Position numbers and translations under genes: made by a program. Under the pieces are notes generated by a model. The model did not search any database. It had not been told where the DNA came from and worked only from the letters and a program-made list of their open reading frames with translations. Source: Bugula neritina (taxonomy: Eukaryota; Animalia; Bryozoa). Taken from it: a stretch of DNA of 64,000 nt. Each line of letters begins with the position of its first letter. Within the stretch, counting starts at the first letter, position 1. Where the stretch lies: NCBI GenBank assembly GCA_964035545.1, contig OZ037773.1, positions 2,695,751 to 2,759,750 on the forward strand, read 5' to 3'. This document shows positions 27,290 through 40,237 of this stretch, in pieces.

Positions 27290-29073
27290 CTAAGCAGGCA
27301 GTTTTGCCTGTTTAGGTACCAGCACAGTATCTAAAAATTCAGGAGTTGCCCATTTATTGTCTTTATCTTGCTTCTTTAGCACAATCTCTAAACTTTCACC
27401 TTTGTTGACAGTCCACTTGGTTTTCTCTGAGTCTATTTTATATGGGAGTGGATCCAAGGTGAAGGCATGCTTCACTTCAGATTTTCCCTTTTCCTTTACA
27501 GTTACGAGCACGTCTAGTGACCTACAAACATATCAAGGTCATGTAGTGTTGTGTGCTCTTTATACTTGATGAGTCAGCTAGCTATCATGTAAATTTATTA
27601 TGCAGCTAGAATAACATGGAGTTGTCTTACGCCAAAATCAAATTTGAGAATCACTGTGATTGGAGATCAGACCTGACCAAATAGGGCAAATTAAATAAGA
27701 CCTAGTAGATCTCACCTGTCTGTGGGTGTCACCTGGATTAGACACTCTTCAGGTTTATTCTTTATTCCTTTAATATCCAAAATAATCATAAAATCTCCTT
27801 TCTTAGGCTTATCATCTGTATACTGACCTGTAAGAATAGTATACTTTATACTGACCTGTAAGAATAGTATACTTAATACATATTTTTATATATTAATTTA
27901 AAACTAATCAACTTTTCAAACTTTTAAAGACATGGTTGAGATTATTCTAAGAAATGTTGACAAGTGCACAAATGTACATGAGACAGGGAGAGCTGTATCA
28001 ACTGGATAATTTATATTCTATGTTTATTTAATGAAAATATAACTCCGAACATGAGTTATTCCACTCTCATAAAGACTAGTTATGAATGATTCCAGAACTA
28101 TACTACAGCGATTCCCTGTAAGGTATTGCGTCAACAAGAGTTGAGAATTTTAAAAATGCACCTATGCATCACAACAGATACTTGTGAGAATCAAGCTCTA
28201 ACCTTATCATATCATTTTATTATTGCTATCAGTATAAGTAGGGCACCTAAGTGTTAGTGTAACAACTCTACAAGATATGTTTCCCATAATACGAAGATAT
28301 GCAGATACTACCCTTATAACTTGTTGGTAAAATAGGTACACGTATAGCTGAGTGATTTAACAGCTGCAGTTGACTCAATGTATTACTTATAGAACAAACT
28401 TCAGTCAGCTAGAATTTAGCTACGATTAGTGGAATATAGACAGCAGCACCCAAGAGAGTGAACAACTGTCAATATGAGTGACAGTGATTGACAGGTTTAT
28501 GTTATAATCACTTCATCAACCAGAGTAGTCTTGTTCCAGCTACATTACATCTATATTTGTTTACTCCATGTACAACAGCTTGCAACTAGTTCAGGAAATA
28601 AGTTAGTGACTTGGCATAAAATTTTCAGTTACAGCCTCACTACCTGAGCAAGCATAGTACATCTCTAGTTGCCCGTATTGGGAATGCTAAAGATATTTGC
28701 TAAACCTGGTATATTAGTATTTCAATATTTTCTATTTCAGTATCAACTTTTCATTTCATTTAGCAATGTTGATATTGTATGTGTAACTTGCCCATTAATT
28801 AAGTATAATATTCACTCATCACTGGAAGAAGTTTGATGTACTCTGAAGATATGCAACATATAGAACACTCAAGAAAAACACCAACTATCACAAATACCAA
28901 CAATAAAATACCAAACTAATACTCAAAGCAAATACCAACACTGAAGGTACATTAACTACCTACTCAGTACTAAGATTACTATTATACTGCTAGCATTAAA
29001 TCTGGACTACACTACCATAATAAATTATGATTGCTATATACTCACGATCTGGAGGTGGGATATATTCTGCCAT
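27290..29073 (-). CDS. Small (123 aa) CS/p23-HSP20-like domain protein
   Basis: Exons 29073-29046 (MAEYIPPPD), 27827-27716 and 27521-27290 join in phase. The pattern FMIILDIKGIK..C.IQVT..SLDV..F.L..LPYKID.EK.KW.V....LEIVLKK....W is typical of CS domains. Probable 5'UTR exon ends at ~30179. Confidence 0.7.
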
Positions 29074-29339
29074 TAGAATAGTCTACACTTTGCATAGAAC
29101 ACTTGTTCAGTTCAGCTTATCTCCTCATCTGCTCCGGGATAACCCTGAAGAAATAATATTGGAGGTTACCACAATCTCCTTAAAATATTTTACATGTGCT
29201 TCAACATACTAAATAAAATTAAATATGAATCAACAGCTTACAAATATAACTCAAAGTGTGTAAATAAGTGAACAGTGACACCAGAATTTTCAACTCTGAT
29301 ATCAAGTTGATTTTAGTGATGAATTTAGGTATAAATCAA

Positions 29340-29580
29340 AATGGCAAAGGTAAAAATGGCACAAGTAATAATGGCCCAAATAGAAAAGTAGGTAAATATG
29401 GCACACTGATATTGAATTTGCCAAAAACCAAACCCCAAACCCTCCACCCCATGCAAACCTCTGCACCCAAACCTCCAAACCCTAACCCCCACCCTATGCA
29501 AACCTCTACACTCAAAACCCCAAACCCCAATCCAAACCCAAACCTCCCAAATCCAAACCTCCAATCCAAACCTAATGCTG
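29340..29580. mobile_element. Partial copy of the foldback/MITE-like repeat at 2158-2425
   Basis: ggtaaaaatggcaca..gaaaagtaggtaaatatggcaca units followed by a cctaaccc/ccaaaccc core. Confidence 0.5.
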
Positions 29581-30694
29581 ATACCAATACTAATACTAAG
29601 TCTAATAGTAATACTATTACTTATAGTAATACTAATACTAATACTAATACTAATACCAACAGTAATATTACTACTACTAGTACTATTATTATTTCTCTTA
29701 CTATTACTATTAGTCTTAGTATAACTAATAGTAACTAGTAATTAGTATTACTATTATTATTACACTTGCAGTACTAGTACTGAATTAAATATCAATCATG
29801 AATTTCATATTTTTAAAGAAAAATTCATAGTGGGTGTTACAGTAAAACTAAATGCAATTATTATAATCATAATAATAAGACACTGACAGTGATACTTATA
29901 GCCATAGTCATAGTGACAGTCAGTGTCACTGTGACTGTCAGTGCTAGATATAAATAAATAATTAAACGGTAAACCTGAAGTTCAACTATATCACTATTAA
30001 TATGAACATCAAATGATCAATAGCAACATCGTAAACTTATTTCTAATTTAAAAGCAAATTAATAAGTTCAACTCCATGTTATAAACTTATACTATACTTA
30101 TAGCTATAGTAATAAAGGTAATGTTATAACTATAAATTATAAAGTTAAACTTAAACTTAAAATATAAAATTAAACTACCTTTGGCGTTACCTTTGTCCTT
30201 GTTAGGTGCTTGTGCGTTTTGAACCAGCTTCACACTCACTGCACCAACTTTACTAAAACTATTCTCTGGTAATCATTATTATCATCATATTTACTTTTAG
30301 TTTTACCATGTAATGATGTATATTAAAGTGGGCGTCACAAATTACTACCAGCCAGTACCACTACTACCAATACTATAGCAACGGCCTCGGAATTACTGAA
30401 CTTGTCATTAAAGGGTTAAAGGTTGAATATATCACGCCAATGACAACAAGAATAGCTAAAAACAGCGCAAGGTTAGGGGCCAGTGGGTGTAACGTTTGTA
30501 TAAGCATCGATGTCCGAACCAATGAACTGAAACTTCCTAGTTATAGGTTATAGTTCAATGGTCCGAGTTATAAACCTAGTGGTCACCACACCAGTTGTGA
30601 GTGGCTCTGTCTATAAGCAATTCCAAGTTGAGAGTGAGTGCAGTAGTTTGGGATTATTTAGTTTGGCGCCAACTCCGAGCTCAAGAATTGTATA

Positions 30695-30726
<32 letters not shown>

Positions 30727-30876
30727 CGTGCGTGAGTGTGTGTGTGCGTGTGTGTGCGCGTGCGTGCGTGAGTGTGTGTGTGTGTGTATATATATATCTT
30801 TACGAGCTAGTAATTTGATTATAAATAGGTATACGAGAAACATTGTTATTTATTACTTTATTAGGTAAAGTAATTA

Positions 30877-30916
30877 CACTGATATTTCGGGTACCACTGT
30901 ACCCATCTTCAGAGTA
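30877..30916 (-). ncRNA. Minimal type I hammerhead ribozyme in the PLE-A pLTR
   Basis: Reverse complement of 32287-32326. Confidence 0.75.
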
Positions 30917-31163
30917 GCAATGAATGAAATTCAAAAATTATTATGTTACGTTAGACGTTATGCATGACACAAAGAATAGAGAGTGGCAGTTACTGTAAAT
31001 TATTGAAACTTAGGGAGATAATCTTATTTTATATATTACGCAGGTCAAAAATTATACTGATTTTTTTGCATAAAAAATAAATTAGAGTTGACAAAAAAAT
31101 AGATATCCAAATATAAAAACAGCAAGAATTAGTGAAACTATGTGAGAGTTGAGTAGTGTGGAG

Positions 31164-31654
31164 CTATTGATATAGTTTTAGTGGTATGGAGTAATTTTGT
31201 TTATTGAGTTGCGGTTTTATTTGTTTAATGTAGAGAGCTTCGGCTACTTTTCGATGGTGGATTCCTTTAAATGAATGATTTAAAACTGTTACATTGTCTA
31301 TTGATATGTTTCCATGATTAGTGGTAGAGATGTGTTGATAAATTTTGGAATTGATGTCATTGCAGTGTTCATGTATCCTGTGTGATAGGCGACGTCCGGT
31401 TTCGCCTACATATGTTTGTTGACAGGTAGCTTCAGGGCAGGTTATTTTGTAGACTAGGTTGTGAATGTGTTCTTTATTGGTTTTATCTTTGAGATTAAAA
31501 TGTGAACTTAAGGGGGTTCCTTTAAATAAAATACGGGCATTGAGTTCATTTGAAAAAGAGTCTGTAATTAATTTATTGAGGGAGCGGATTAGTTTTTCTC
31601 CTGTTACTCCTTTATAAGGCAGCTGAAGTAAAATGTGTTTCCTGTTGTCTTTTT
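31164..31654 (-). pseudogene. PLE-A C-terminal fragment (RT thumb end plus GIY-YIG endonuclease)
   Basis: ORF 31164..31736; residues upstream of 31655 are read-through into the inverted arm. Confidence 0.85.
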
Positions 31655-31655
31655 C

Positions 31656-32037
31656 ACTCAATGCCCGTATTTTATTTAAAGGAACCCCCTTAAGTTCACA
31701 TTTTAATCTCAAAGATAAAACCAATAAAGAACACATTCACAACCTAGTCTACAAAATAACCTGCCCTGAAGCTAACTGTCAACAAACATATGTAGGCGAA
31801 ACCGGACGTCGCCTATCACACAGGATACATGAACACTGCAATGACATCAATTCCAAAATTTATCAACACATCTCTACCACTAATCATGGAAACATATCAA
31901 TAGACAATGTAACAGTTTTAAATCATTCATTTAAAGGGATCCACCATCGAAAAGTAGCCGAAGCTCTCTACATTAAACAAATAAAACCGCAACTCAATAA
32001 ACAAAATTACTCCATACCACTAAAACTATATCAATAG
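31656..32037 (+). pseudogene. PLE-A GIY-YIG endonuclease fragment (inverted duplicate)
   Basis: ORF 31633..32037; one amino-acid difference (T/N) from the minus arm. Confidence 0.85.
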
Positions 32038-32286
32038 CTCCACACTACTCAACTCTCACATAGTTTCACTAATTCTTGCTGTTTTTATATTTGGATATCT
32101 ATATTTTTTTTGTCAACTCTAATTTATTTTTATGCAAAAAAATCAGTATAATTTTTGACCTGCGTAATATATAAAATAAGATTATCTCCCTAAGTTTCAA
32201 TAATTTACAGTAACTGCCACTCTCTATTCTTTGTGTCATGCATAACGTCTAACGTAACATAATAATTTTTGAATTTCATTCATTGC

Positions 32287-32326
32287 TACTCTGAAGATGG
32301 GTACAGTGGTACCCGAAATATCAGTG
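32287..32326 (+). ncRNA. Minimal type I hammerhead ribozyme in the PLE-A pLTR
   Basis: UACU-CUGAAGA-U-GGGUAC AGUG GUACCC-GAAA-UA-UC|AGUG: 6-bp stem II, U insertion after A9, stem III reduced to a palindromic AUAU, as in minimal PLE hammerheads. Confidence 0.75.
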
Positions 32327-32471
32327 TAATTACTTTACCTAATAAAGTAATAAATAACAATGTTTCTCGTATACCTATTTATAATCAAATTACTAGCTCG
32401 TAAAGATATATATAATGTAGTGTGTTCAGATTGTTAATGATACATATATATTTTTTTATTTAAAAAATCTC

Positions 32472-32516
32472 ACACGACTATATAGTTTCGTACAGTAAAC
32501 TGCACTCGTCAGGTGT
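32472..32516 (-). ncRNA. Type I hammerhead in PLE-B pLTR (intact)
   Basis: ACAC-CUGACGA-GUGCAG UUUA CUGUAC-GAAA-CUAUAUAG-UC|GUGU; palindromic stem III. Confidence 0.88.
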
Positions 32517-34426
32517 TAGACGAAAAATAAATAAAATCTATGAAGCATACCGATTATTCAAATTTTTACATAAAGAAAACTATATCATGCTAAACACAAC
32601 GTAAAACGAAATGCAAACATAGTAGTGGATTTGGTGTTATCTATTAATTAATTAAATTGCTCTTTTTCTAAAGGATTAGACTATAAAAGCTAGACGTTTG
32701 ATGGAAAGGGTAATTTATAATAGGTAGTACTACGGTTGAGAATTGTTAGTATTGTTATGTGATGTTGCCCAGGTAGTGCTTACGTGCATGTCTGCATGTG
32801 AATAGAATCTCATTTCTGTTATTAAGGGAAGATTTGCTGGGCTGGTATATTATGAAATATTTTTCCCATAGGCAGAGGTTGCACCTTTTAGTGACTTTGT
32901 TGTATGAGTTGGTCTTTTTCATAATTTTCCATGTTATGTCAAAATGGGTGTTCTTGTCTTTTAGTTTCCAAATATATTTGCTCAATTCAGTATGGTTCTT
33001 TTTTGTTTTGTTGTTAAAAGTTGATTTGTGGTTATACAATCTGGTTTTGAATTCTGTTTCTGATGTTCCCACGTAAGTCTGTGGTTGGCTGCCATCTTTG
33101 GTTGTAACTGTAGCTTGGTATATGATGCACTTTGTGAGGCATTTTCCATCTAGTGGGCACACTGTGCTGTTTCTGCAGTTACATTCTCGAGGAGGTTGGT
33201 TTGCTGGGTTGAGTAATCTTTGATTGTGGCTGTTGATTATGTTGTTTAAATTTCTGCAGCAGCTGTAACTGAGTTTTATGTTGTTTTTGTTGAAGATTTT
33301 GTAGAGTTTGTGATCTTTGGGTATTTCTTCCTCCAGGATTTTAAAAAAATTGTTTTCCCAGGTTGCTTGTTACACTTTTGGAGAATGGGGGGTTATACCA
33401 TGTGATGTTTCGTCGTCTTTCTCTTTTTGGTCTACTAGTGGTGTGTGTTGGCTGGAATGTTAGGTTATGTGTGTATCCACTTTTACTTAGAGCTTCTTGG
33501 TGTATTTTTGTTGTTTGACTGAAGACTTCTTCGTTAGATGAGAGATTGGAGAGCCTGTTGTTTATGGCATGTGGAATGTTTCTTGTGATATGGGGTGGAT
33601 GGTTGGATTTGGAGTTTACATATAGGATTTCGCTGTTAGGTTTTACATGGGGTTTGTGTGTTCTTTTGCTAATGTCAAAATTTATATCTAGATAGTTGAC
33701 GACCTTTTTGTTTACTTCAATGGTGATATTTAGATTATGTTTTTGGAAAATTTTGCAGATTGATTTTTTAATTCTATCTATATTTTTTGCAGTGTCGTTG
33801 ATTACTCCTAGGCCGTCATCACGGTATAGACCGAAGGTATTTCCAAACTTCTGGTTGATTTTATATAGTAAAAATATGCCGACCAGAGTGCAACATTCTG
33901 CACCGTCATAGCTGCCCATTGTAATGTCAAATAATGAGCCACATTTTTTACTCCAGGGTTGGCCGGAATGGTATAACAACATTTTTCTGGCATGGAAAAT
34001 CACGGTGCGGACTGTGTCTGTTATGGTGGTATGCTCTGCTGCGAAATCAATTGCAATGTGGAGTAATTTATTAGTTATTGACAGATAAAAGTCGACAATG
34101 TCAAATACAATAAAAGATAAGCATTTGTTGTTATCTAAATTTGTGAACCATTTAATTACCTCGGAAGTAACATCACATCACATCACATAACAATACTAAC
34201 AATTCTCAACCATAGTACTACCTATTATAAATTACCCTTTCCATCAAACATCTAGCTTTTATAGTCTAATCCTCTAGAAAAAGAGCAATTTAATTAATTA
34301 ATAGATAACACCAAATCCACTACTATGTTTGCATTTCGTTTTACGTTGTGTTTAGCATGATAGTTTTCTTTTTGTAAAAATTTGAATAATCGGTATGCTT
34401 CATAGATTTTATTTATTTTTAGTCTA

Positions 34427-34471
34427 ACACCTGACGAGTGCAGTTTACTGTACGAAACTATATAGTCGTGT
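34427..34471 (+). ncRNA. Type I hammerhead in PLE-B pLTR (intact)
   Basis: acac ctgacga gtgcagtttactgtac gaaa ctatatag tc gtgt read directly. Confidence 0.88.
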
Positions 34472-34616
34472 GAGATTTTTTAAATAAAAAAATATATATG
34501 TATCATTAACAATCTGAACACACTACATTATATTAGCTCTGTCACCTGTGATATCGAGCACTTTACTTTGCTGGAACTCCAACTAGATTGACAATCAGCA
34601 TACATTATATATATAT

Positions 34617-35132
<516 letters not shown>

Positions 35133-35141
35133 TGTATATAT

Positions 35142-37331
35142 AATGTAGTGTGTTCAGATTGTTAATGATACATATATATTTTATTTAAAAAATCTCACAC
35201 GACTATATAGTTTCGTACAGTAAACTGCACTCGTCAGGTGTTGGACTAAAAATAAATAAAATCTATGAAGCATACCGATTATTCAAATTTTTACATAAAG
35301 AAAACTATATCATGCTAAACACAACGTAAAACGAAATGCAAACATAGTAGTGGATTTGGTGTTATCTATTAATTAATTAAATTGCTCTTTTTCTAAAGGA
35401 TTAGACTATAAAAGCTAGATGTTTGATGGAAAGGGTAATTTATAATAGGTAGTACTATGGTTGAGAATTGTTAGTATTGTTATGTGATGTGATGTGATGT
35501 TACTTCCGAGGTAATTAAATGGTTCACAAATTTAGATAACAACAAATGCTTATCTTTTATTGTATTTGACATTGTCGACTTTTATCTGTCAATAACTAAT
35601 AAATTACTCCACACTGCAATTGATTTCGCAGCAGAGCATACCACCATAACAGACACAGACCGCACCGTGATTTTCCATGCCAGAAAAATGTTGTTATACC
35701 ATTCCGGCCAACCCTGGAGTAAAAAATGTGGCTCATTATTTGACATTACAATGGGCAGCTATGACGGTGCAGAATGTTGCACTCTGGTCAGCATATTTTT
35801 ACTATATAAAATCAACCAGAAGTTTGGAAATACCTTCGGTCTATACCGTGATGACGGCCTAGGAGTAAACAACGACACTGCAAAAAATATAGATAGAATT
35901 AAAAAATCAATCTGCAAAATTTTCCAAAAACATAATCTAAATATCACCATTGAAGTAAACAAAAAAGTCGTCAACTATCTAGATATAAATTTTGACATTA
36001 GCAAAAGAACACACAAACCCCATGTAAAACCTAACAGCGAAATCCTATATGTAAACTCCAAATCCAACCATCCACCCCATATCACAAGAAACATTCCACA
36101 TGCCATAAACAACAGGCTCTCCAATCTCTCATCTAACGAAGAAGTCTTCAGTCAAACAACAAAAATACACCAAGAAGCTCTAAGTAAAAGTGGATACACA
36201 CATAACCTAACATTCCAGCCAACACACACCACTAGTAGACCAAAAAGAGAAAGACGACGAAACATCACATGGTATAACCCCCCCATTCTCCAAAAGTGTA
36301 ACAAGCAACCTGGGAAAACAATTTTTTTAAAATCCTGGAGGAAGAAATACCCAAAGATCACAAACTCTACAAAATCTTCAACAAAAACAACATAAAACTC
36401 AGTTACAGCTGCTGCAGAAATTTAAACAACATAATCAACAGCCACAATCAAAGATTACTCAACCCAGCAAACCAACCTCCTCGAGAATGTAACTGCAGAA
36501 ACAGCACAGTGTGCCCACTAGATGGAAAATGCCTCACAAAGTGCATCATATACCAAGCTACAGTTACAACCAAAGATGGCAGCCAACCCCAGACTTACGT
36601 GGGAACATCAGAAACAGAATTCAAAACCAGATTGTATAACCACAAATCAACTTTTAACAACAAAACAAAAAAGAACCATACTGAATTGAGCAAATATATC
36701 TGGAAACTAAAAGACAAGAACACCCATTTTGACATAACATGGAAAATTATGAAAAAGACCAACTCATACAACAAAGTCACTAAAAGGTGCAACCTCTGCC
36801 TATGGGAAAAATATTTCATAATATACCAGCCCAGCAAATCTTCCCTTAATAACAGAAATGAGATTCTATCCACATGCAGACATGCACGTAAGCACTACCT
36901 GGGCAACATCACATAACAATACTAACAATTCTCAACCGTAGTACTACCTATTATAAATTACCCTTTCCATCAAACGTCTAGCTTTTATAGTCTAATCCTT
37001 TAGAAAAAGAGCAATTTAATTAATTAATAGATAACACCAAATCCACTACTATGTTTGCATTTCGTTTTACGTTGTGTTTAGCATGATATAGTTTTCTTTA
37101 TGTAAAAATTTGAATAATCGGTATGCTTCATAGATTTTATTTATTTTTCGTCTAACACCTGACGAGTGCAGTTTACTGTACGAAACTATATAGCCGTGTG
37201 AGATTTTTTAAATAAAAAAATATATATGTATCATTAACAATCTGAACACACTACATTATATTAGCTCTGTCACCCGTGATATCGAGCACTTTACTTTGCT
37301 GGAACTCCAACTAGATTGACAATCAGCATAC

Positions 37332-37333
<2 letters not shown>
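35142..37333 (+). mobile_element. PLE-B copy 2 (core on plus strand); hammerheads at 35197-35241 (-, intact) and 37155-37199 (+, U16.1C)
   Basis: ORFs 35667..36395 and 36509..36916; same 5' junction as copy 1; extra C in the C run near 36280. Confidence 0.92.
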
Positions 37334-37378
<45 letters not shown>

Positions 37379-37382
<4 letters not shown>

Positions 37383-37653
37383 AGGTATTATGCTCTCACT
37401 TAATGCTCAGCAATGACATTCAGTGATTGAGCTCTCTCACCATAGCCACAAACTCAAGCTGCTAGCATTTTGCAAGGCTCGTGACTCCTAGGTGACCCCT
37501 AGAGTCGCTTGAGCTCTCTTGGCTTGAGTTTACACACCTTTTAAATATGCTTTAGTAGAAACATAAGTTTCTACTATTGCCAAGGTGTGGGCCATGGTAC
37601 TCTGTTCTGTGCTGATGAGGGGACAAACCCCAAAACATGCTGTTCACAGATTG

Positions 37654-37658
<5 letters not shown>
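37379..37658 (+). mobile_element. Retrozyme monomer, subfamily 2
   Basis: As 34787-35065. Confidence 0.85.
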
Positions 37659-37719
<61 letters not shown>

Positions 37720-37728
37720 TGTATATAT

Positions 37729-39917
37729 AATGTAGTGTGTTCAGATTGTTAATGATACATATATATTTTATTTAAAAAATCTCACACGACTATATAGTTT
37801 CGTACAGTAAACTGCACTCGTCAGGTGTTGGACTAAAAATAAATAAAATCTATGAAGCATACCGATTATTCAAATTTTTACATAAAGAAAACTATATCAT
37901 GCTAAACACAACGTAAAACGAAATGCAAACATAGTAGTGGATTTGGTGTTATCTATTAATTAATTAAATTGCTCTTTTTCTAAAGGATTAGACTATAAAA
38001 GCTAGATGTTTGATGGAAAGGGTAATTTATAATAGGTAGTACTATGGTTGAGAATTGTTAGTATTGTTATGTGATGTGATGTGATGTTACTTCCGAGGTA
38101 ATTAAATGGTTCACAAATTTAGATAACAACAAATGCTTATCTTTTATTGTATTTGACATTGTCGACTTTTATCTGTCAATAACTAATAAATTACTCCACA
38201 CTGCAATTGATTTCGCAGCAGAGCATACCACCATAACAGACACAGACCGCACCGTGATTTTCCATGCCAGAAAAATGTTGTTATACCATTCCGGCCAACC
38301 CTGGAGTAAAAAATGTGGCTCATTATTTGACATTACAATGGGCAGCTATGACGGTGCAGAATGTTGCACTCTGGTCAGCATATTTTTACTATATAAAATC
38401 AACCAGAAGTTTGGAAATACCTTCGGTCTATACCGTGATGACGGCCTAGGAGTAAACAACGACACTGCAAAAAATATAGATAGAATTAAAAAATCAATCT
38501 GCAAAATTTTCCAAAAACATAATCTAAATATCACCATTGAAGTAAACAAAAAAGTCGTCAACTATCTAGATATAAATTTTGACATTAGCAAAAGAACACA
38601 CAAACCCCATGTAAAACCTAACAGCGAAATCCTATATGTAAACTCCAAATCCAACCATCCACCCCATATCACAAGAAACATTCCACATGCCATAAACAAC
38701 AGGCTCTCCAATCTCTCATCTAACGAAGAAGTCTTCAGTCAAACAACAAAAATACACCAAGAAGCTCTAAGTAAAAGTGGATACACACATAACCTAACAT
38801 TCCAGCCAACACACACCACTAGTAGACCAAAAAGAGAAAGACGACGAAACATCACATGGTATAACCCCCCATTCTCCAAAAGTGTAACAAGCAACCTGGG
38901 AAAACAATTTTTTTAAAATCCTGGAGGAAGAAATACCCAAAGATCACAAACTCTACAAAATCTTCAACAAAAACAACATAAAACTCAGTTACAGCTGCTG
39001 CAGAAATTTAAACAACATAATCAACAGCCACAATCAAAGATTACTCAACCCAGCAAACCAACCTCCTCGAGAATGTAACTGCAGAAACAGCACAGTGTGC
39101 CCACTAGATGGAAAATGCCTCACAAAGTGCATCATATACCAAGCTACAGTTACAACCAAAGATGGCAGCCAACCCCAGACTTACGTGGGAACATCAGAAA
39201 CAGAATTCAAAACCAGATTGTATAACCACAAATCAACTTTTAACAACAAAACAAAAAAGAACCATACTGAATTGAGCAAATATATCTGGAAACTAAAAGA
39301 CAAGAACACCCATTTTGACATAACATGGAAAATTATGAAAAAGACCAACTCATACAACAAAGTCACTAAAAGGTGCAACCTCTGCCTATGGGAAAAATAT
39401 TTCATAATATACCAGCCCAGCAAATCTTCCCTTAATAACAGAAATGAGATTCTATCCACATGCAGACATGCACGTAAGCACTACCTGGGCAACATCACAT
39501 AACAATACTAACAATTCTCAACCGTAGTACTACCTATTATAAATTACCCTTTCCATCAAACGTCTAGCTTTTATAGTCTAATCCTTTAGAAAAAGAGCAA
39601 TTTAATTAATTAATAGATAACACCAAATCCACTACTATGTTTGCATTTCGTTTTACGTTGTGTTTAGCATGATATAGTTTTCTTTATGTAAAAATTTGAA
39701 TAATCGGTATGCTTCATAGATTTTATTTATTTTTCGTCTAACACCTGACGAGTGCAGTTTACTGTACGAAACTATATAGCCGTGTGAGATTTTTTAAATA
39801 AAAAAATATATATGTATCATTAACAATCTGAACACACTACATTATATTAGCTCTGTCACCCGTGATATCGAGCACTTTACTTTGCTGGAACTCCAACTAG
39901 ATTGACAATCAGCATAC

Positions 39918-39919
<2 letters not shown>
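37729..39919 (+). mobile_element. PLE-B copy 3; hammerheads at 37784-37828 (-, intact) and 39741-39785 (+, U16.1C)
   Basis: ORFs 38254..38916 and 39095..39502; near-identical to copy 2; period 2587 bp. Confidence 0.92.
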
Positions 39920-39962
<43 letters not shown>

Positions 39963-39966
<4 letters not shown>

Positions 39967-40237
39967 AGGTATTATGCTCTCACTTAATGCTCAGCAATGA
40001 CATTCAGTGATTGAGCTCTCTCACCATAGCCACAAACTCAAGCTGCTAGCATTTTGCAAGGCTCGTGACTCCTAGGTGACCCCTAGAGTCGCTTGAGCTC
40101 TCTTGGCTTGAGTTTACACACCTTTTAAATATGCTTTAGTAGAAACATAAGTTTCTACTATTGCCAAGGTGTGGGCCATGGTACTCTGTTCTGTGCTGAT
40201 GAGGGGACAAACCCCAAAACATGCTGTTCACAGATTG

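Larger units (their letters stand above)
30797..32406. mobile_element. PLE-A: 5'-truncated Penelope/Poseidon-like retroelement forming a 1.6-kb palindrome (arms 30797-31545 and 31656-32406, 110-bp spacer)
   Basis: Both arms encode the same GIY-YIG endonuclease (NLVYKITCPEA.CQQTYVGETGRRLSHRIHEH..EALYIKQIKPQLNKQ) followed by a pLTR with a minimal hammerhead. The LPYKG thumb-end motif lies in the spacer. TA repeats at both outer ends. Confidence 0.9.
32414..34605 (-). mobile_element. PLE-B copy 1: 5'-truncated Penelope-like element (RT plus C-terminal GIY-YIG; possibly Hydra clade) with inverted ~350-bp pLTRs; core on the minus strand
   Basis: RT motifs FDIVDFYLSI, ITMGSYDGAE, GLYRDDGL, YLD; endonuclease CNC..CPLDGKC..IIY..YVG..CNLC..CRH. 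One-base frameshift in a T run at ~33345. Each pLTR carries a hammerhead. Confidence 0.92.

Noticed and set aside
29268-29738. 156-aa Pro/Asn-rich ORF or true telomeric array
   Set aside because: Lies in an intron and spans a MITE-like repeat plus a (TAC/TAA) low-complexity tract; the repeats are degenerate, not (TTAGGG)n.
32414-34605. DNA transposon with long TIRs, or LTR retrotransposon
   Set aside because: The repeats are inverted copies of the element's own 3' end; the coding content is RT plus GIY-YIG with no transposase, gag or integrase.
35500-36916. Naiad-type or selenoprotein-coding PLE
   Set aside because: The endonuclease is C-terminal and I saw no in-frame TGA in the readable RT/EN frames.
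38905-38920. Programmed -1 frameshift at the UUUUUUA-like run between the PLE-B RT and EN ORFs
   Set aside because: Joining QFF to KILEEE needs a +1 shift, and PLEs have a single ORF; an extra T in the founder copy is simpler.
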